64,000 nt of DNA from Eledone cirrhosa. Taxonomy: Eukaryota. The notes under the pieces were generated by a model that was given only the letters and a program-made list of their open reading frames with translations, did no database searches and was not told where the DNA came from. The DNA is taken from positions 108,500,001 through 108,564,000 of the forward strand of contig OZ024742.1 of NCBI GenBank assembly GCA_964016885.1. Direction: 5' to 3'. Positions 38,745 through 54,832 of this stretch are shown piece after piece (positions within the stretch are counted from its first letter, which is position 1; the number at the start of each line of letters is the position of its first letter). Position numbers and translations under genes: made by a program.

Positions 38745-40228
38745 AATGATGTGATCAATATCGATATTTTTGGATAGGAAGATAAATTCTTTAGTTGATA
38801 ACATTGGTTATTAGATTCTGCTAAGAGAGAGGTTTGTTGTCAAATTATTTCTTTAACGATTCCCCTTGTTACTTTTCAGTCATAAATATCCGAAATCTTT
38901 AAAATATCAAGAATACAAATATTAAAATTCCTTGAGGGGCAATAAAGTAGTAGATCATAAACTAGATGTTTTGTTTTTGATCGTTGAAAATCCAAGAGAT
39001 AATATATTGTAAATAAATTAGGTGGTGAATTGGCAGAGTTGTTAGAACATTAGATAGATTGTTTTGTGGTACTCTTTCCGTCTCTGCGCTTTCAACTTTG
39101 CCTTTCATCATTTTGAGGTCGATAAATATATCACCAGTCCATATTGTCTCTCTCACTCTGGAAGAATTTAGCTGTGTTGAGACCTAGAGAGAGATTGGCT
39201 CGGTCAGGTTTAACTACCTTAGACACCAATTATCACTACGGCGCCGCTACAGCCCCATTAGTAGTTTATGGCATGAATAAATAGAGAAGGAGAGGTTGAT
39301 AATGGGTTTGAAGAAGAGAATGTGCTGGGAAAGATTGAAATGTATAACATACCAATACATGAAGAGTATAAGATATAGAGATTCTTAGAAAGACTCTACA
39401 GGTTAATACGATAGATTTGATACTAACATAAGTATTTACAAAACATGGACTCCTTTGAGATCTCTGATTTTCATATCCAATATAAACTCATAAAGGCATT
39501 TAAAAATCATAGATTCACATATGCATACAAACTTCGACCAGAAAATATGTGTGTGTGTGTGTGTGTTAGAATATGTGCTTAAAATATCGTACTATTTAAA
39601 ACATTGAAACATTAACTGAATGGGCACTCAATACTGGTGGGCAGAGTGTAGAAATTTATTTTTCCTAGTAAAGTGGCAGAGACCTTGGAGTTTCTGCTTA
39701 ATCTCTTCATCTTTTGTCTGCTCGGTATCAATAATACATCCATTTCTATGTTTCTTTCTTTTCCTTTTTGATGGAGAACAGGGACCTCAATATGATATTC
39801 TTAGTAATTGCTCACTACAATGAGACTAGAGTAAATTTTCTCATGTCTGAGGGCCACTATATGTCTTATGAAACTATGGATGTGAACCTAGAAAATCTCT
39901 CTCCAAGGCACAGGGATCAGACTCCTTTCTCTACACAACCGATGTTTGCAAACGGTAGAAGCAAGGGCTGAGATAACTTGACACCAGGGACGTTGCCAGC
40001 GTTGCTGTCAGAATACAAAGATCCAGAACAGATACCAAGACTCCATCAATCCACCGTCTTTAACCAATATTTTCATGATCAAATTAATATTTGTGTAATA
40101 TGAACATAGCCATAGCTTAGAGGGCTGGATCTATACGACAAATTGTTCTGTACATACTACTAACTCTACCATTTCGTTACATGTTAATATAGTATAGATA
40201 ATTTCTATTGTGTACATCGCCACTAATG

Positions 40229-40548
40229 AAGAAGCGTGGCTTATTGGTTAGGGTGTTCAGTTCACGATCGTAAAGTCCTGAGTTATATTCCCGGTAGCGT
40301 ATGTGTCCTTAAACAAGCTATTTATTTCACGTATTTCCAATCTACTCAGTCGACCGAAAATGAATTGTATCTGCAATTCAAAGAACCAGCTTTGTAGCAC
40401 ACTGTGTAACACTGAATGTCCACGAGAACGACATTAAATGTGCACGTGTTTGTGGCATTCTGAATTACTTGCACTTAAATTATATGAATAGGTTGTTCCG
40501 TTTGTCAAACAACTGGAACATTTGTCCTCGGAACCGACGGAGATCCAA
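40229..40548 (+). mobile_element. SINE family B, near full length
   Basis: gcgtggcttattggttagggtgttcagttcacgatcgtaa (tRNA-like head) ... tttatttcacg ... ggaaccgacggag. Confidence 0.7.
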
Positions 40549-41401
40549 CAAACACATCACCACTTACTTTGCTACAATCGTTACATCTATTTCTAAAGCA
40601 TTCCATTTGGAACAAAAGCCCTGTGAATGTGAAGAACACTTGTAGATTACATGAACTTTGTAAACACTTCAAGTAGATCATTCACATGCTGGGTTATATT
40701 GCTAAGGACAATAATGAGAAAAGACGCATACTTATTTAACAATCCAACAAGCGAAAGAAGTGTATAAGAAAATTGTAGAGCTAGCTGCTTACGATACACG
40801 CGCTTTGCTATTAGAAATAATGCCTTCCGGAAGGTATTTGTACTAGTGTAAGAATGTATGCGTGTGTTTTGTTATGTATCTATCAATGTATACAATTGTA
40901 TGAAAAGGAAATCATTACTGTCTTTAGCAACATTAAAAAATATTTCAAAATTTGTAAATAAAATATAAATAGATTTGCATAGAGTGCTCCTTTTACAGGC
41001 CGCCATAAAAAGGATGATAGTTTTTTTTACTATAATACTATTCGATGGCCTCACAAGCATGATTAGCACATTCTTAATAATAAACTACTTCATTCCATTC
41101 CTTAGAACTTTCCATTCTCTTCTTTGTAAATAGAGTATCATACTTTTTATGCACCTTTTTTACATTTTAATTCTATACTCAGTTAGTGAAATAAATCATA
41201 AGAAAAAATAAATTAGATCTGTAAATGATATGTCCTCACACCGACATATTTCGTCTTGCGATTTATTTAACTTAATAAACAACGTTTATTCTCTACAAAA
41301 TGGTCTCCAACTTAACTAAGCACACATCGGATATGAACCAGTAATAAGCAAAGGCGTGATTGAAATAACATAGCTCTGCAAACCATGTGGAGTGACGCAC
41401 A

Positions 41402-41582
41402 ATGGCGTCCGGTAGAAGGTCGGACGCCATGCTTTGCAGTAGAGAGTTACGGCCTTTTATGATCTGAGTTCAAATCCCGCCGAGGTTAACTTTGCCTTTC
41501 ATCCTTACGGGGGCCATAAAATAAAGTACCAGTAACACACTGGGGTAATTGTTGGCCTTGTGCCAAAAGTAGAAACAATTAT
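41402..41582 (+). mobile_element. SINE family A
   Basis: ggtagaaggtcggacgccatgc...gagttcaaatcccgccgaggttaac...gaaacaatt. Confidence 0.85.
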
Positions 41583-43206
41583 TATAGATATAAGGATGAG
41601 GATCGGTAGAGTCGTTCGCAGTATTTGTTCCGACTCGATAATATAAAGTACCAGTCACGTTCTAGTATCGATTTAATCGACTTTCCCCTCTCCCAAATTG
41701 CTGGCCTTATGCTTAAATTAGAACTCTATATTATAGATAGCTATAGAAGCAGAATATAACTGATTGCTTATGAAGCAAATGTTTTATATAGAAACAAAAT
41801 GTTAGTGTTTAGAAATAATTTTGTCGCCATTATTTATTTACTCCATTACTGGCTTCAGGCTTTGAGCTATATGTATGTGTGAATATTTCTGTGCTTGACT
41901 GTGTCTGTCTGTCTGCGTGTATGTGTGTGTGTACGTGTGTATATTCTGTAGGTATCTGTTTGAGTATATGAATGTTTGTGTTTCTCTGTATGCGTGTGTG
42001 AATATTTCTGTGTGTCTGAATGTGTATGTGTGAATATTTCTGTTTCGCTGTGTTTGTAAGTGGATGTTTCAATATCTGTGTGTGTGTGTATGTGTGGGGG
42101 TGGAGGGGCTTAGTTGTTCAAAAGGTCAACTTTGACACACACAGTGTTACACTGAATCTATTTGGCTTGTACGTTGAGAATGCACACGTCTGTGGAATGG
42201 TTTGCCACTTGTAATTTACATTCAGGCTGTTTGGTTGTTGGAAACAACTGGAATGTTCATCGTCGAAACCGACGGAGGTTCTCCACACACTCGTGTGTGG
42301 ATGTTTTAAAGAGACAATCAACAGAGCAAGGTAGCCAGAGATCTATCATATAGATAATTTACGTGCTCTTTAGTACAATAATTATTGAATTTAGCTTGAG
42401 AGAAAACGCTGTAGCAAGTGAAACTATTTGTCTGTTTATTTCCATCATAATTATTCGAACAAGAAAAGAAAACCTAAAACTCGTTTTTTAAATTTAACGT
42501 TAAAGGAGGCGGTGGCAGTGTCGTTAGAGCGTCAGATCAAATGTTTTAATGTTTTCAATCCAGATTTCTGCAGATCGGAATTCAAATCCTGCCGAGGTCA
42601 ACTTTGCAATTCATCCATTCAAGGTCAATGAATAAATTACCAGTGAAGTTCTTCCTCTATATTTCTTTCTTTATCCTCCTCCTCTCTCTCTCTCTCTTCC
42701 TCTCTTCTTTCTGTTCTATCTCAGGATGAAATTAGGTGTGTTTAGACTTGGAGGTTTTACATCTACCAAATACGCATTATAACCTGATGAGACCCTTACA
42801 AATCTACGATCAGGTAAAAGACCAATGAAAGAAGGGGAACGAAGGGACAATGAAGAAATAATATATCTTATTACATGGAATAATGCCAAGGGAATAAAAG
42901 GTTACATCTACTGATAAAGCAGGGATGCATTAATAGGGATCTTGGCACAAATCCACAAATTTGGGGCCCGGCATAAAATCGATAAATTCTAGCCTGGTTC
43001 ATTAGATTTACACATTTTATCGACCTGGCAGATTGTAAAGGTGTGTGACGTATTAGCACTTGGCATTAGTGACCGCTGCTCTGCCGATTCTTAATCATAA
43101 CCAACATGATGATGATGGTGATGACCATGATGATGATATCGATGAGAATGAAGATTAAATATTAATGATGGTAGTTGTGCTGGTGACAACAGCGTTCATA
43201 ATGGGA

Positions 43207-43279
43207 AGGAGGAGGAGGAGGAGGAGGAGGAGGATGAGGAGGAGGAGGAGGAGGGGGAGGAGGAGGAGGAGGAGGAGGA
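43207..43279. repeat. (GGA)n microsatellite
   Basis: Directly visible. Confidence 0.9.
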
Positions 43280-43416
43280 TCGATGATGATTACGATAATA
43301 TATAAATTATCAGAATTCTTAAGGATTTAAATTCATGTAAATACTTCAGTCAGAATAATCCTACTTTCTCTGTGTGTATGTTCGTAGTGTGTATGTGTAC
43401 TGTGTGTGTATGTGTG

Positions 43417-43518
<102 letters not shown>

Positions 43519-44585
43519 GTCTCAAATGAAGCCATTATAGCGGAGATGTGTGTGAAGAACCTAGAGAAGTTGTATTATGAGTTACTTAATGATAGAGGTG
43601 AGGGAATTATAATCTAGAAGATGGCTGAGAATGGACTTTCAACATTAGGCAAAACACTGCTCCCAGGCAAGTTCAAAGTCTTGTGTATATGGTTTGTATA
43701 CTGGCCACTGGTGTACGAAGTCGTATTAACATGTATCGAGACCAATAATCAGAGGATTGCCATAAACCTTTACATGTACAAATCTCAACAAGTATGGTGA
43801 GCCCATAGAATGATTTATCCCATCAATAGTTGAGCAGTACATGTTTGGTAAAGTCCGAACTGTGTGGATGCTGTTCATCCCCACTTGGAGTCAAGACTAG
43901 GAGAAACAGTTGATATGGAAATCAACGGAACGTTTGTTGCCTCTTTAGGATATGATGATATAAGAGGTCCCGCACAGACCAATAGAGAGTACACTGGAAG
44001 TGCAATGATCTTGTTGAACTCTGTGAAACCAGTGGATGGAGGAATCATGTTTCCCTATAGAGGTATTTGTCAGAGGATTTGTCCCAAATCACGTATGGAG
44101 CCTTAAGAACTACGGCACACCTTTTCCCACCACATGGAGTATATTAGAAAGTTCTACCGCCTATGTGAATGGGTCGAAATTTTGTCGTCTTCGTAGTTCT
44201 GAAAAATGGCATATACTCTCACAACTAGCTTCAGATAAACACTGCCTCAACACACTTCTTGATTGCTTTGGCAGCTGCCTTCGTGAGAAGAAGCATACTT
44301 TGAGTAAATCGCTTAGACCTGACCAACAGGTCTAGAAGTACTTTGATTTACTGACTATTTTGAGTTATCCCTCTTGATCTTACCTTCTCATTAAAAAAAC
44401 GTTTTTGTAACTAGTTTCTACATTACCTACCTTTGTTTAAACTCTCATGATATATTTCTAAAAGGAAAGCACAATCAAGCCCATGCGGCTATCTTTATTT
44501 TGATTTTTTTTATGACAGGCTGAATGAGTTGGGGTCCAGAACCCAAAACCCGAAGAATCTTAAGTACCTGTTTATGTCACTGTTG

Positions 44586-44684
<99 letters not shown>

Positions 44685-45075
44685 AGAGAGATGAGATGAG
44701 ATGAGATGTTACCAGTTAAGACCAGTAAGACCATTATACAACCTGCTACACAAATAGAGAGTAGGTATTATTGTAAGGATTCTATCCCCTACGGCTAAAC
44801 TATCCTTTCGATAGCATTATCTAATCGGTAAAAGCTTAACCATAAAGCATAAAATCTTTATTATGTATGTGTATGTCTTCTGCATTAACTAATGCTTATT
44901 GTTTTCAATGGCAACGTAAGAAGAAGAATCTCGTGAGAAAATGTTGGATAAAATACAGATGGCAGGAGAAATGAAACGTTATATATATTTATATATATAC
45001 ACACACACGCGCGCGCGCACACAGTCATATAAATATATATATAAATAGATATATATATATATACATATATATATA

Positions 45076-45330
45076 TCTATATATATAAAACTGAGGTTGT
45101 CTGTCTGTCTGTCTGTCTGTCTACTAAAACAGTCAGCACACATCTCCTCCTAAACCGTACGTTCAAATTTCGGTGAAATTGCTACACTTATACATAAGGT
45201 CCGGCGGAGACATTGGTCAAAAAATATTTTCAAATCTACCCACGCCAACTGCAAAAATAGAATTTGTAATGTATTGATTTTTCAGTTCAAATGTATAAAT
45301 AGAGATGAGAGACGAGTTATTTCCCTTTTA
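45076..45330 (+). mobile_element. Helitron-like non-autonomous element, 5' end
   Basis: a|TCtatatatataaaa followed by (GTCT)n and ctcctaaaccgta...tgaaatt, typical of invertebrate Helitron 5' ends. Confidence 0.5.
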
Positions 45331-45826
45331 TGGCGTCATTTGTTTATCTACGTGCAAAATACGCGAACAGTTTTCGGGCCAGCAAAATTTTAACCTGCCA
45401 AATTCATGAGTTCGAAGTTTCAACATTAAGCTTCCATTTTGCTTCATTTCCATTAAAAAGTCTTTTAAAACAATATTTCAACGCGTCAGCCTCGCCATCA
45501 CCCGAAGCAACGCTGCGAGTGTGCTGGCTTGCCTCGAAAATCATTAGAGAGTTTGCCCAGTACTCGCGACGTTGCTGTCTTTTGCTCTGGTGTTGGCTCC
45601 GTTGTTCACCCCTACCTTTACATTTTCTTTAATATTGTAGCATTGAAGGAATATATCTTTCATTCTATCATCCTTTGTAGTGCTACCGAGGCATTTGTAA
45701 TGTTATTTATGTATATATTTAAAACATATTTGTTATGTTATTCTACTGTAAATTTATTTATATGCTCTGTTTATATTTTCATTCTCACTACCCTCAACAG
45801 TCTATGAAACTACATACATGTTGCAA

Positions 45827-45862
<36 letters not shown>

Positions 45863-46027
45863 CACGCACACACATATACATATACATATAAAGAGAGAAA
45901 GGGAGATGTAGAGTGAGATAGGTCGTTATACAGAGAGAGGTACAAGATAATTAGATAGAGAGACAGAGAGAGAAAGAGAATGGCGACGAACGCTGGTTCA
46001 CACACACATACAAACACATATTTATAT

Positions 46028-46072
<45 letters not shown>

Positions 46073-46098
46073 AGCGTTCTTTATTGTTCTCCATTCTT

Positions 46099-46203
46099 CC
46101 TACTTTTGGCACAAGGCCAGCAAATACCCAGTACATTACTGGTACTTTATTTTATCGATCTCGTAATGATGAAAGGCAAAGTTAACCTCGACGGGATTTT
46201 AAC
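46099..46203 (-). mobile_element. SINE family A (truncated)
   Basis: ggcacaaggccagcaaatacccagtacattactggtac...aaagttaacctcgacgggattt. Confidence 0.75.
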
Positions 46204-46315
46204 TTTGCCTTAAAATAGTGAAAGTAAATAGTGAAGATTTAGGCTAGTACATACGTATGCACCGACGGACATACACATACATATACATACGCACACACAA
46301 ATACATACACACACA

Positions 46316-46853
<538 letters not shown>

Positions 46854-46874
46854 TATATTATATATGTATGTATG

Positions 46875-46917
<43 letters not shown>

Positions 46918-47016
46918 GCGTATATATATATATATACACACACGCACACACACAAATATATATATATATATATATTATACATATATATTATATATAATAT
47001 ATATATATATTATACA

Positions 47017-47141
<125 letters not shown>

Positions 47142-48444
47142 AGAGAGGATGTGCGCGCGAGTGTGTGTATGAAAGCATCTTAATACAAAAGAAGAATATA
47201 TTTTACTGAAATATAATTATCCTACACTTTAGAGAATGAAGTTAAGTTAGCGGCCTAAAGGTTAGGTCATTTGTATTACAATCGTTGGTTCATGGGTTGA
47301 CTATCTGACCTGGAAAGAGTGTTGTATTCTTGAAAAAAATAATTTCACGTTGCTTCTGTCCACTCAACTGAAAAGGAGTATCAGACTGAAAAATAATAAT
47401 TACTGGTGTCGTTCTGATGGACTAAATCCTTACAATGTGCTACTCCAGCATGACCGCGGTCTAATGACCGAAAACAGTACGATCATACCTATTTGCAGAT
47501 AATTGGCTCTCTGCCTAAAAGATATAAATCAATATTTCTTGCAGTGGATCGATATTCCAATTACTTGTCAAAAGAAATATATGATATAAAATAATAGATT
47601 ATTACTTTTTTAATTTATAAATCCGTCATATACATTTTCAAAGTCTTTAAAGTATTTCTGTCCAACTAAATTTTATATTTCTGATGGAACGTAAATCATA
47701 TTAACTTTCTATATGGGAAGAAATATAGTTTTTAATTGTATTTTTTACTTTGATTCTTTCCGCATATCAAATACTTAATATCATAATGATAAAATTATAT
47801 CCGTATACATCATTGCATGCATGTATACATCTACACGCATATACATATATATGTTTATATATATAGACTTATATGTATATAGATATGTGTATGTATATGC
47901 ATACTTCAATATAAAAAAAAAGGCCTGATTCCAAATACTTTTTAATGTTGCAAAATCACGATACGTATTTCTATGGCCGACAATCTTACGTCATCAGGCC
48001 ATGTAACACATCATATGGCGATGTCTTCAGGTGTTAATCACATAAAAGATTAAATAATCAGTTACTGGGTTACGGCAAACATAAAGAAAGGATTGAGATG
48101 GAGGTGGTCATCAGTCATTGCTACCTCGGTGACAGATCGCCTCCATACACTACACACTCGACAATGCTATGCAATGTGGGTTCATAGATTTGAACAGGGG
48201 CTGGGTTTGCTTGACAGCGACGCAGCCAGTCAGTCGTAATGCCACTCAGAGCCTACTGTTTGATATAGTTTACATGTTCTGGGAGCGCCATTTAGTCCGC
48301 GAAGGCCGTGCTAGTTCCTGGCCGAAAACCAGGACGTGATTCTCTTAAAGGATGTCTAAATTACTGGTATAAAGCGTTATAAAAATGATGGAGTTTAAAA
48401 AGATTATAAAAAAGAGTTACAAAAATTGGAAACCAGTAAATAAT

Positions 48445-48923
48445 TATAATTGTTTCTACATTTGGCACAAGGCCAGCAATTGTCCCAGTACATTACTGGT
48501 GCTTTATTTTATCGACCCCTTAAGGATGAAAGGCATAGCTAACCTCGGCGGGATTTGAACTTAGACCGTAAAGGGCCGTAACTCTATGCTGCAAAGAATA
48601 TCGCCCGACCCTCTACCGATACTGCCAATACACCACTCTACCACTCTTATTATAATTATAATAACTGTTTCTACTTTTGGCACAAGGCCAGTAATTAAAC
48701 CAGTATATTACTGGTACTTTATTTTATCCCGTAAGGATGAAAGGCAAAGTGCACTTTGGCGGGATTTGAACTCATGCGTAACTCTATGCTGCTAAGCATG
48801 GCGTCCGACCTTCTACCGATATTGCCAATCCTGTGCCTCTTATAATTATAATAATTGTTTCTACTTGAGGCACAAGGCCAGCAATTACCCAGTGCATTAC
48901 TGGTACTTTATTTTATCGACCCC
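48445..48923 (-). mobile_element. three tandem SINE family A copies
   Basis: Copies at about 48445-48631, 48660-48838 and 48850-48923, separated by cttattataattataata linkers. Confidence 0.85.
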
Positions 48924-49424
48924 TAACAGGTTAATGCATCAATAAAAAGTAAAACATTATAAAGAGTTACAAAAAGTGAATAGTTATAATTCTAATGAGA
49001 GTATTGTAGTGTATATTTATGGGTTCATATTAAGCTTAAGTTTATGGTGAAAAACTTCAATTGTTTGACCTAATCAAGGTCTCGACAGACCCATCGCTCC
49101 CTAGTCCCTAGGATCCAAGAAAAAGTTCGTGGGACTGAGTCAATATGAAAGATAAGGGAAAATTTCTTGAACATTACATATACTTAATCTATTCCAAGCA
49201 CTTCAGGTAGAGAATTAAATGTATGCTAAACGGATTGTTTAGATCTAATCATTAGTTAAATCCTCCAGCATAAATCTATATGTATATATACCCATATATC
49301 ATTCTTTATATACACACATACACATATATATACACACACACACACAAATATATACATATACACAAGCACACACTCACAAACACTCACAAGTATATACATA
49401 TACACAAGCACACACTCACTCACT

Positions 49425-49529
<105 letters not shown>

Positions 49530-50176
49530 GCACATATATAAGAATTTTACTATCCAGAAGTCAACATCTCAACCTCAATTTATTTTAGGTCATTGTTTGG
49601 GTCAAATACATTTTGATTAAAAACTGGTGTTTTGTTTTTTAAACATGACATTGCATTCACTTAACGCATTTTTTTCTTTTTGTTCTAACACGATATTTCT
49701 CCTAGATTAATTGAATAGCAAAGGTTAAAGGACCTGTACGGTTATTATGATTTTATTTCAAAGAAAGTTGCTCTAAAGCATCTCAATCTTATTGAAGTTT
49801 CGTAATAAAAAGGAGCTTCTAATTAGGAAGAAATTACTTAATTACCTAATAAACTTATTCATTTTCTTTGAAATCTTTAGTAAGATTCATTTGGACGTAT
49901 ATTAAATCAAATTAATGTAAATTAACTTTTTTTATTCAAATATAATTTTAATTTCCTCTCTCGTCGTTTACAATATTTAATATATATATGTTTGTGTTGG
50001 ACAGATTTAGCTTTCAGTGAACATAGTAATTTTGATAAATTATCTTCATTTCCTCCCAAAATAACGATCGCAAAACTTATTATTTTTGCCCTATTTTGCA
50101 AATTAATTATTTTATGTAAAATATAATTTAAAATATCTGTTCAGGCATCCATTTTATTCATTTAATTCATACACAT

Positions 50177-50208
<32 letters not shown>

Positions 50209-50232
50209 CATCATCATCATCATCGCCATCAT
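50177..50232. repeat. (CAT)n microsatellite, probable LINE tail
   Basis: Directly visible; followed by gttttaatatccgtttttcca. Confidence 0.8.
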
Positions 50233-52626
50233 AGTTTTAATATCCGTTTTTCCACGCTCACATGGGTTGGACGGGTCCTTTTCAGCATCCAATATTCAAA
50301 CGCTTAAACTTAAAATTTCTCGCAGTAGCAAGGTGATGACCGGGTCCAGGCTGCAGTGCCCTGGGACACATGCCGGGCCAGACCTTTTCACTATCTGTAC
50401 CCAAAAAGCAGAACTGGTCTACATCATTGAATGCAAACGAAGTCGCAGTGACCTTCTCCTAGAGGGATGTCTTAATGAAGACGAGGTGGTCTCTCACTCC
50501 ATTGCCCCCACCCCAAAAAAGTTAAAAGGTTAAGAAGTTAAGAAATATAGAAAAAAGGTTAAACGATTAAATTGATTAAAATGTATTTATAAATGAAAAT
50601 ACACATAATATATAAGCATATATACATATGTACAACTTTATTGGATGGCAGTTGACTCTCTTGAGTTTCTCCACCCTTTGACATATTTTGCTTTTCAGCC
50701 CACTGGGTGTCCAAAATGACCCTCCTCACCAAGTAAACTTGGTGGGGTTGCCGGTTTAGTCGCCGACGACTCGACCATGCGACAGGTTGTACTGGGTCAC
50801 ATGTTACCAGTAGCACTCAAGAGTGACCCATACATACATACATGCATACATACATACATACGTACAAACATACATACAGATAAAATAGTTCTAATGTATT
50901 TGAAGCAGATTGAAATTAGCGTCATTGATTTTAGAAAGGTTTTAATTAGAACATTTAAATATATTTAATGAGTTTAATGTTATGAACTATTCGTTGAAGT
51001 TAACTACTTGAGTTTGTTTCTCAATAAATACAGAAAAATCAGAATTTTCTACCAAAAATCTACTACAGAATATATATCATTCCAAAATTTGTTCTTGCCA
51101 TTTTCATTTCCTTTAGAGGAAAATTTCAAATAATGTATAGAAGCGTGAGTTATTTGTAAAGAGTGGAATTGCACATTTTCCTGGATCATAGTTTCCATAA
51201 CATACACAGAATTGAGTAAGTGCATTAGCTACTTGCTCTTCTCAGTGGCTGCACTGTGCGAAATGTGCAGACCATCAACAGTATTGCTTTACCAACGGGG
51301 ATCTCTCAACATTTGACCTAAAGGCCAAAGTAGCGGAATGGCTACTCAGTGGCATGGCGGACTACTATATTCTAGCGAACGAAGCGAGATCGTTAGACTA
51401 TAGAATTATTGATCGTGTCGGATTGTTCTAAAGCGGTCAATTCAAAATAAAACATATTTAAAATTCATGGCTTGTTAGATTTCAACCAATTTTTATAGAA
51501 ATAATAATTAAAAAAATTAAAAAAACAGAATTGCAAGGAGATACGGAGGTAACAGAATTAATTAAATTGTATTTAATTACAATTTACACGCTGATCAAAC
51601 AAAATTTGTTTTCGCTCTAACATGGAGTGAAAACAAATCTCGTTTTAATTTCCGGCAAAGCCGGCCGTAAAATCGCTCGGTATGCAAATTAGGTTCCGCA
51701 GCTGATATATACATTTGAGAATACTATGTATTCTCAGCAGTTCCAGCGGGTAGCAGCGACGAGAATAAACAGTTTCGATAAGGAGCAACAACTCCGAAAC
51801 TATTGACAACTGTTTTCTCTCAGCTACCGCTGAAATAAAAGAATGACGTTGGTCATCTAGAAAACACACATGGTGCTATGAGGCTGTTTGATTGCATACA
51901 AACCGAACATTGATAATATTATTATATAATATTATTATCATTTACACACTCATACATTTACATGCTGGTCTGTTATGTATATATATAATTCTGATAATGC
52001 CATGTCAGTAGCCTGTTTACTCTGGAGTTTCACCAGTATGATGTTCTTTGAATTACCAGTAGAGGTCAAGGGCACCATGCGCTCCAAGAATCCGACTCAC
52101 GACCTTACTATCGTGTACCGAACACCATAACCACTAAGGGATCTAAACTTCTGTTTGTATATTTTTATCCGTTTATAACTCTATAGAATTTACACACACA
52201 TAAACATACACATGCGCGCAATGCATTCCCTATCTCTAGCATATTGCTACAATAAGAAATTAGCTTTCCAATTACAAGATCCTGGCGTTTGACCCTTCAT
52301 TTGTCCTTGTAGATATTCATTTCTCCAAAGTTACTCATACATTTAATATTATATGTCATTTGTGCATGCATGATGAACATTTATGTAATTATATCCCAGA
52401 AATAAATCAAAATATTTTTTTATCTTTAATCACTTCCGCCTGTATGTCATCAACATAAACTAGAAGATTTATCATACGCAATCCATTAATTCATCACAAA
52501 ATTCAATATTGACGCCACGGGTCTACTAGTGATAGGTTAACTTTCTTGATTAGTGCGGTGTTTTTTGTTGTGCCCCAAGGCGGCCGTAATCAAGGAGACT
52601 AATGATATTATAAAGTAATATTACGC

Positions 52627-52689
<63 letters not shown>

Positions 52690-53294
52690 GTTTCCAAGCC
52701 TATTTCAATGGTTCATTCAAGACAAACATTATTTTATTAACGCATATTTTAAATTATTCACCCGATTAGACTTTCCCATTCATTGATTGAACATCATACA
52801 GATTCTACAACAGAAAGTTACATTAAAAACATATTTACCAACATTTCCCTCCTTTAGAATCCGAATATTAAATATTCATTTTTAGCATTTTATTAAACTG
52901 ATAAAAATATTTATAGCAATCGATAGAATGTATATCTAAGCCTTATTGAAATTATAAACAATGATATTGTCATGTATTTTATTAATAATTTATTAATATT
53001 TTATTCGTATTTTATATACTAGAGTGTGGAATTATCTAATAGAACGTAGTTCTATGTGAACATTTCCTATTCTTCTCATTCACTTTCTATATGTTTAATG
53101 TCGATATTTGGTATTTGGTTATAAATTCGTCTTAAAAATGCGTTTATGTTGGTATGATATAGTTAAATGTACTCTTGTTTTATCGCATTCTGTCTAAACT
53201 AGTGGACTACAAATTGATCTGTGTTAAAATGGCCAAACAGACGTATCTGTTTCACATTCTCTACATTTAGCAAGTGTAGCACTTGACATTTAAT

Positions 53295-53483
53295 ATAATT
53301 GTTTCTACATTTGGCACAAGGCCAGCAATTACTCAGTGCATTACTGGTACTTTATTTTATCGACCCCGTAAGGATGAAAGGCAAAGTTAACCTCGACGGC
53401 ATTTGAACCCAGACCGTAAAGGGACACAACTATGCTGGAAAGCATGGTGTCCGACCCTCTATCGATACTGCCAATCTACCGCC
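53295..53483 (-). mobile_element. SINE family A, full length with TSD
   Basis: TSD cacttgacatttaat at 53280-53294 and 53484-53498. Confidence 0.9.
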
Positions 53484-53987
53484 CACTTGACATTTAATGT
53501 AATGTAAACTAGTCTACAATAGCAACATTAGCGTTGAACGTATTCAATGTTTGGCGTCCAGGATAACCGGATATATGAACCATCATACAAATTGGAAAAT
53601 TTGCTTTCTGATAAATCATGTGCTGGAATGAGAGAAACGCTATAGTTTATATTGGTTACTGACACATGTAACACATTAAATATAAGAATATTTGATATAT
53701 TTCAGAAATGTTCAGCGTACATGTCCCAATGACATAGAAACATAGAACATTAAATTTATAAGGAACTTTGGAGAAATAACTATTTTCAGAGACCAATATA
53801 GGTTTAGATCGACGAACTGTGATTGGAAATCGAACTTCTTATTATAGCAACATGCCTGAGATAGGAGATGCATTTTTGTGGGTACGTGTATGTTTGTGTA
53901 TAAATATAAAATTCATTGACGCACACACACACGTACACGCATACACATACACACACGTACACGCATACATACACACTCACACACACT

Positions 53988-54072
<85 letters not shown>

Positions 54073-54586
54073 GATGAAGTTTCGTTTACATATAATTAGT
54101 TTCTTATTGTGTATCGAGCTGTTACGTACGTTATATCCATATATGGTTGACAGCTGAGAGAAAAGAGTACTTAATACCGAAATAGAGTCTAAATATTCAT
54201 TTTATCAAGGCCTAATAGTGAATCTTATCACACTCGACTTTCGTCTGTTTATCACAGGGATATCATATAGATGTATATTTTTCACCGCTCCTATTAATGA
54301 CGTATTATTCGTTTTTTCCCGTTCTTTGCCAGCGAACGTTACCACGAACCAAAGTATCGTCTTCCTGTCTTCCTCCGGCTGCAACGTTTTTTGAAATATC
54401 CAGTTCTGCGTTTACAGATTGACTTTGTTAGTTTCAGAAGATCCCGTTAAGGGTGAAAGCAGCGATTCTTTGCTTAAACTTTAATCTGTTATTTTAATAA
54501 ATATTTGCTCTACGGTTCTTATATATTTGATATATATTTTCCTTATCGAGCCCTCTTTGGATTTTAGTCTTCAATTTTATTATTAT

Positions 54587-54635
<49 letters not shown>

Positions 54636-54832
54636 AATATACAACTAGTGGTGTATTATTATGGTTATCATTCCGTTTGGTTAAGTTTTGAGGAAGTATT
54701 CTCTTATACAAACATTTGTAGTATTTTCCTTTCTTATGGCATTGGCATTATTTTACAAACACACACACACACACACACTTTCCCTCACACGCATATTTTC
54801 CCTCACATACAGACATAGATAGATAGATAGAT

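Noticed and set aside
43620-44340. Possible highly decayed LINE remnant
   Set aside because: Composition is suggestive, but no motif is readable with confidence
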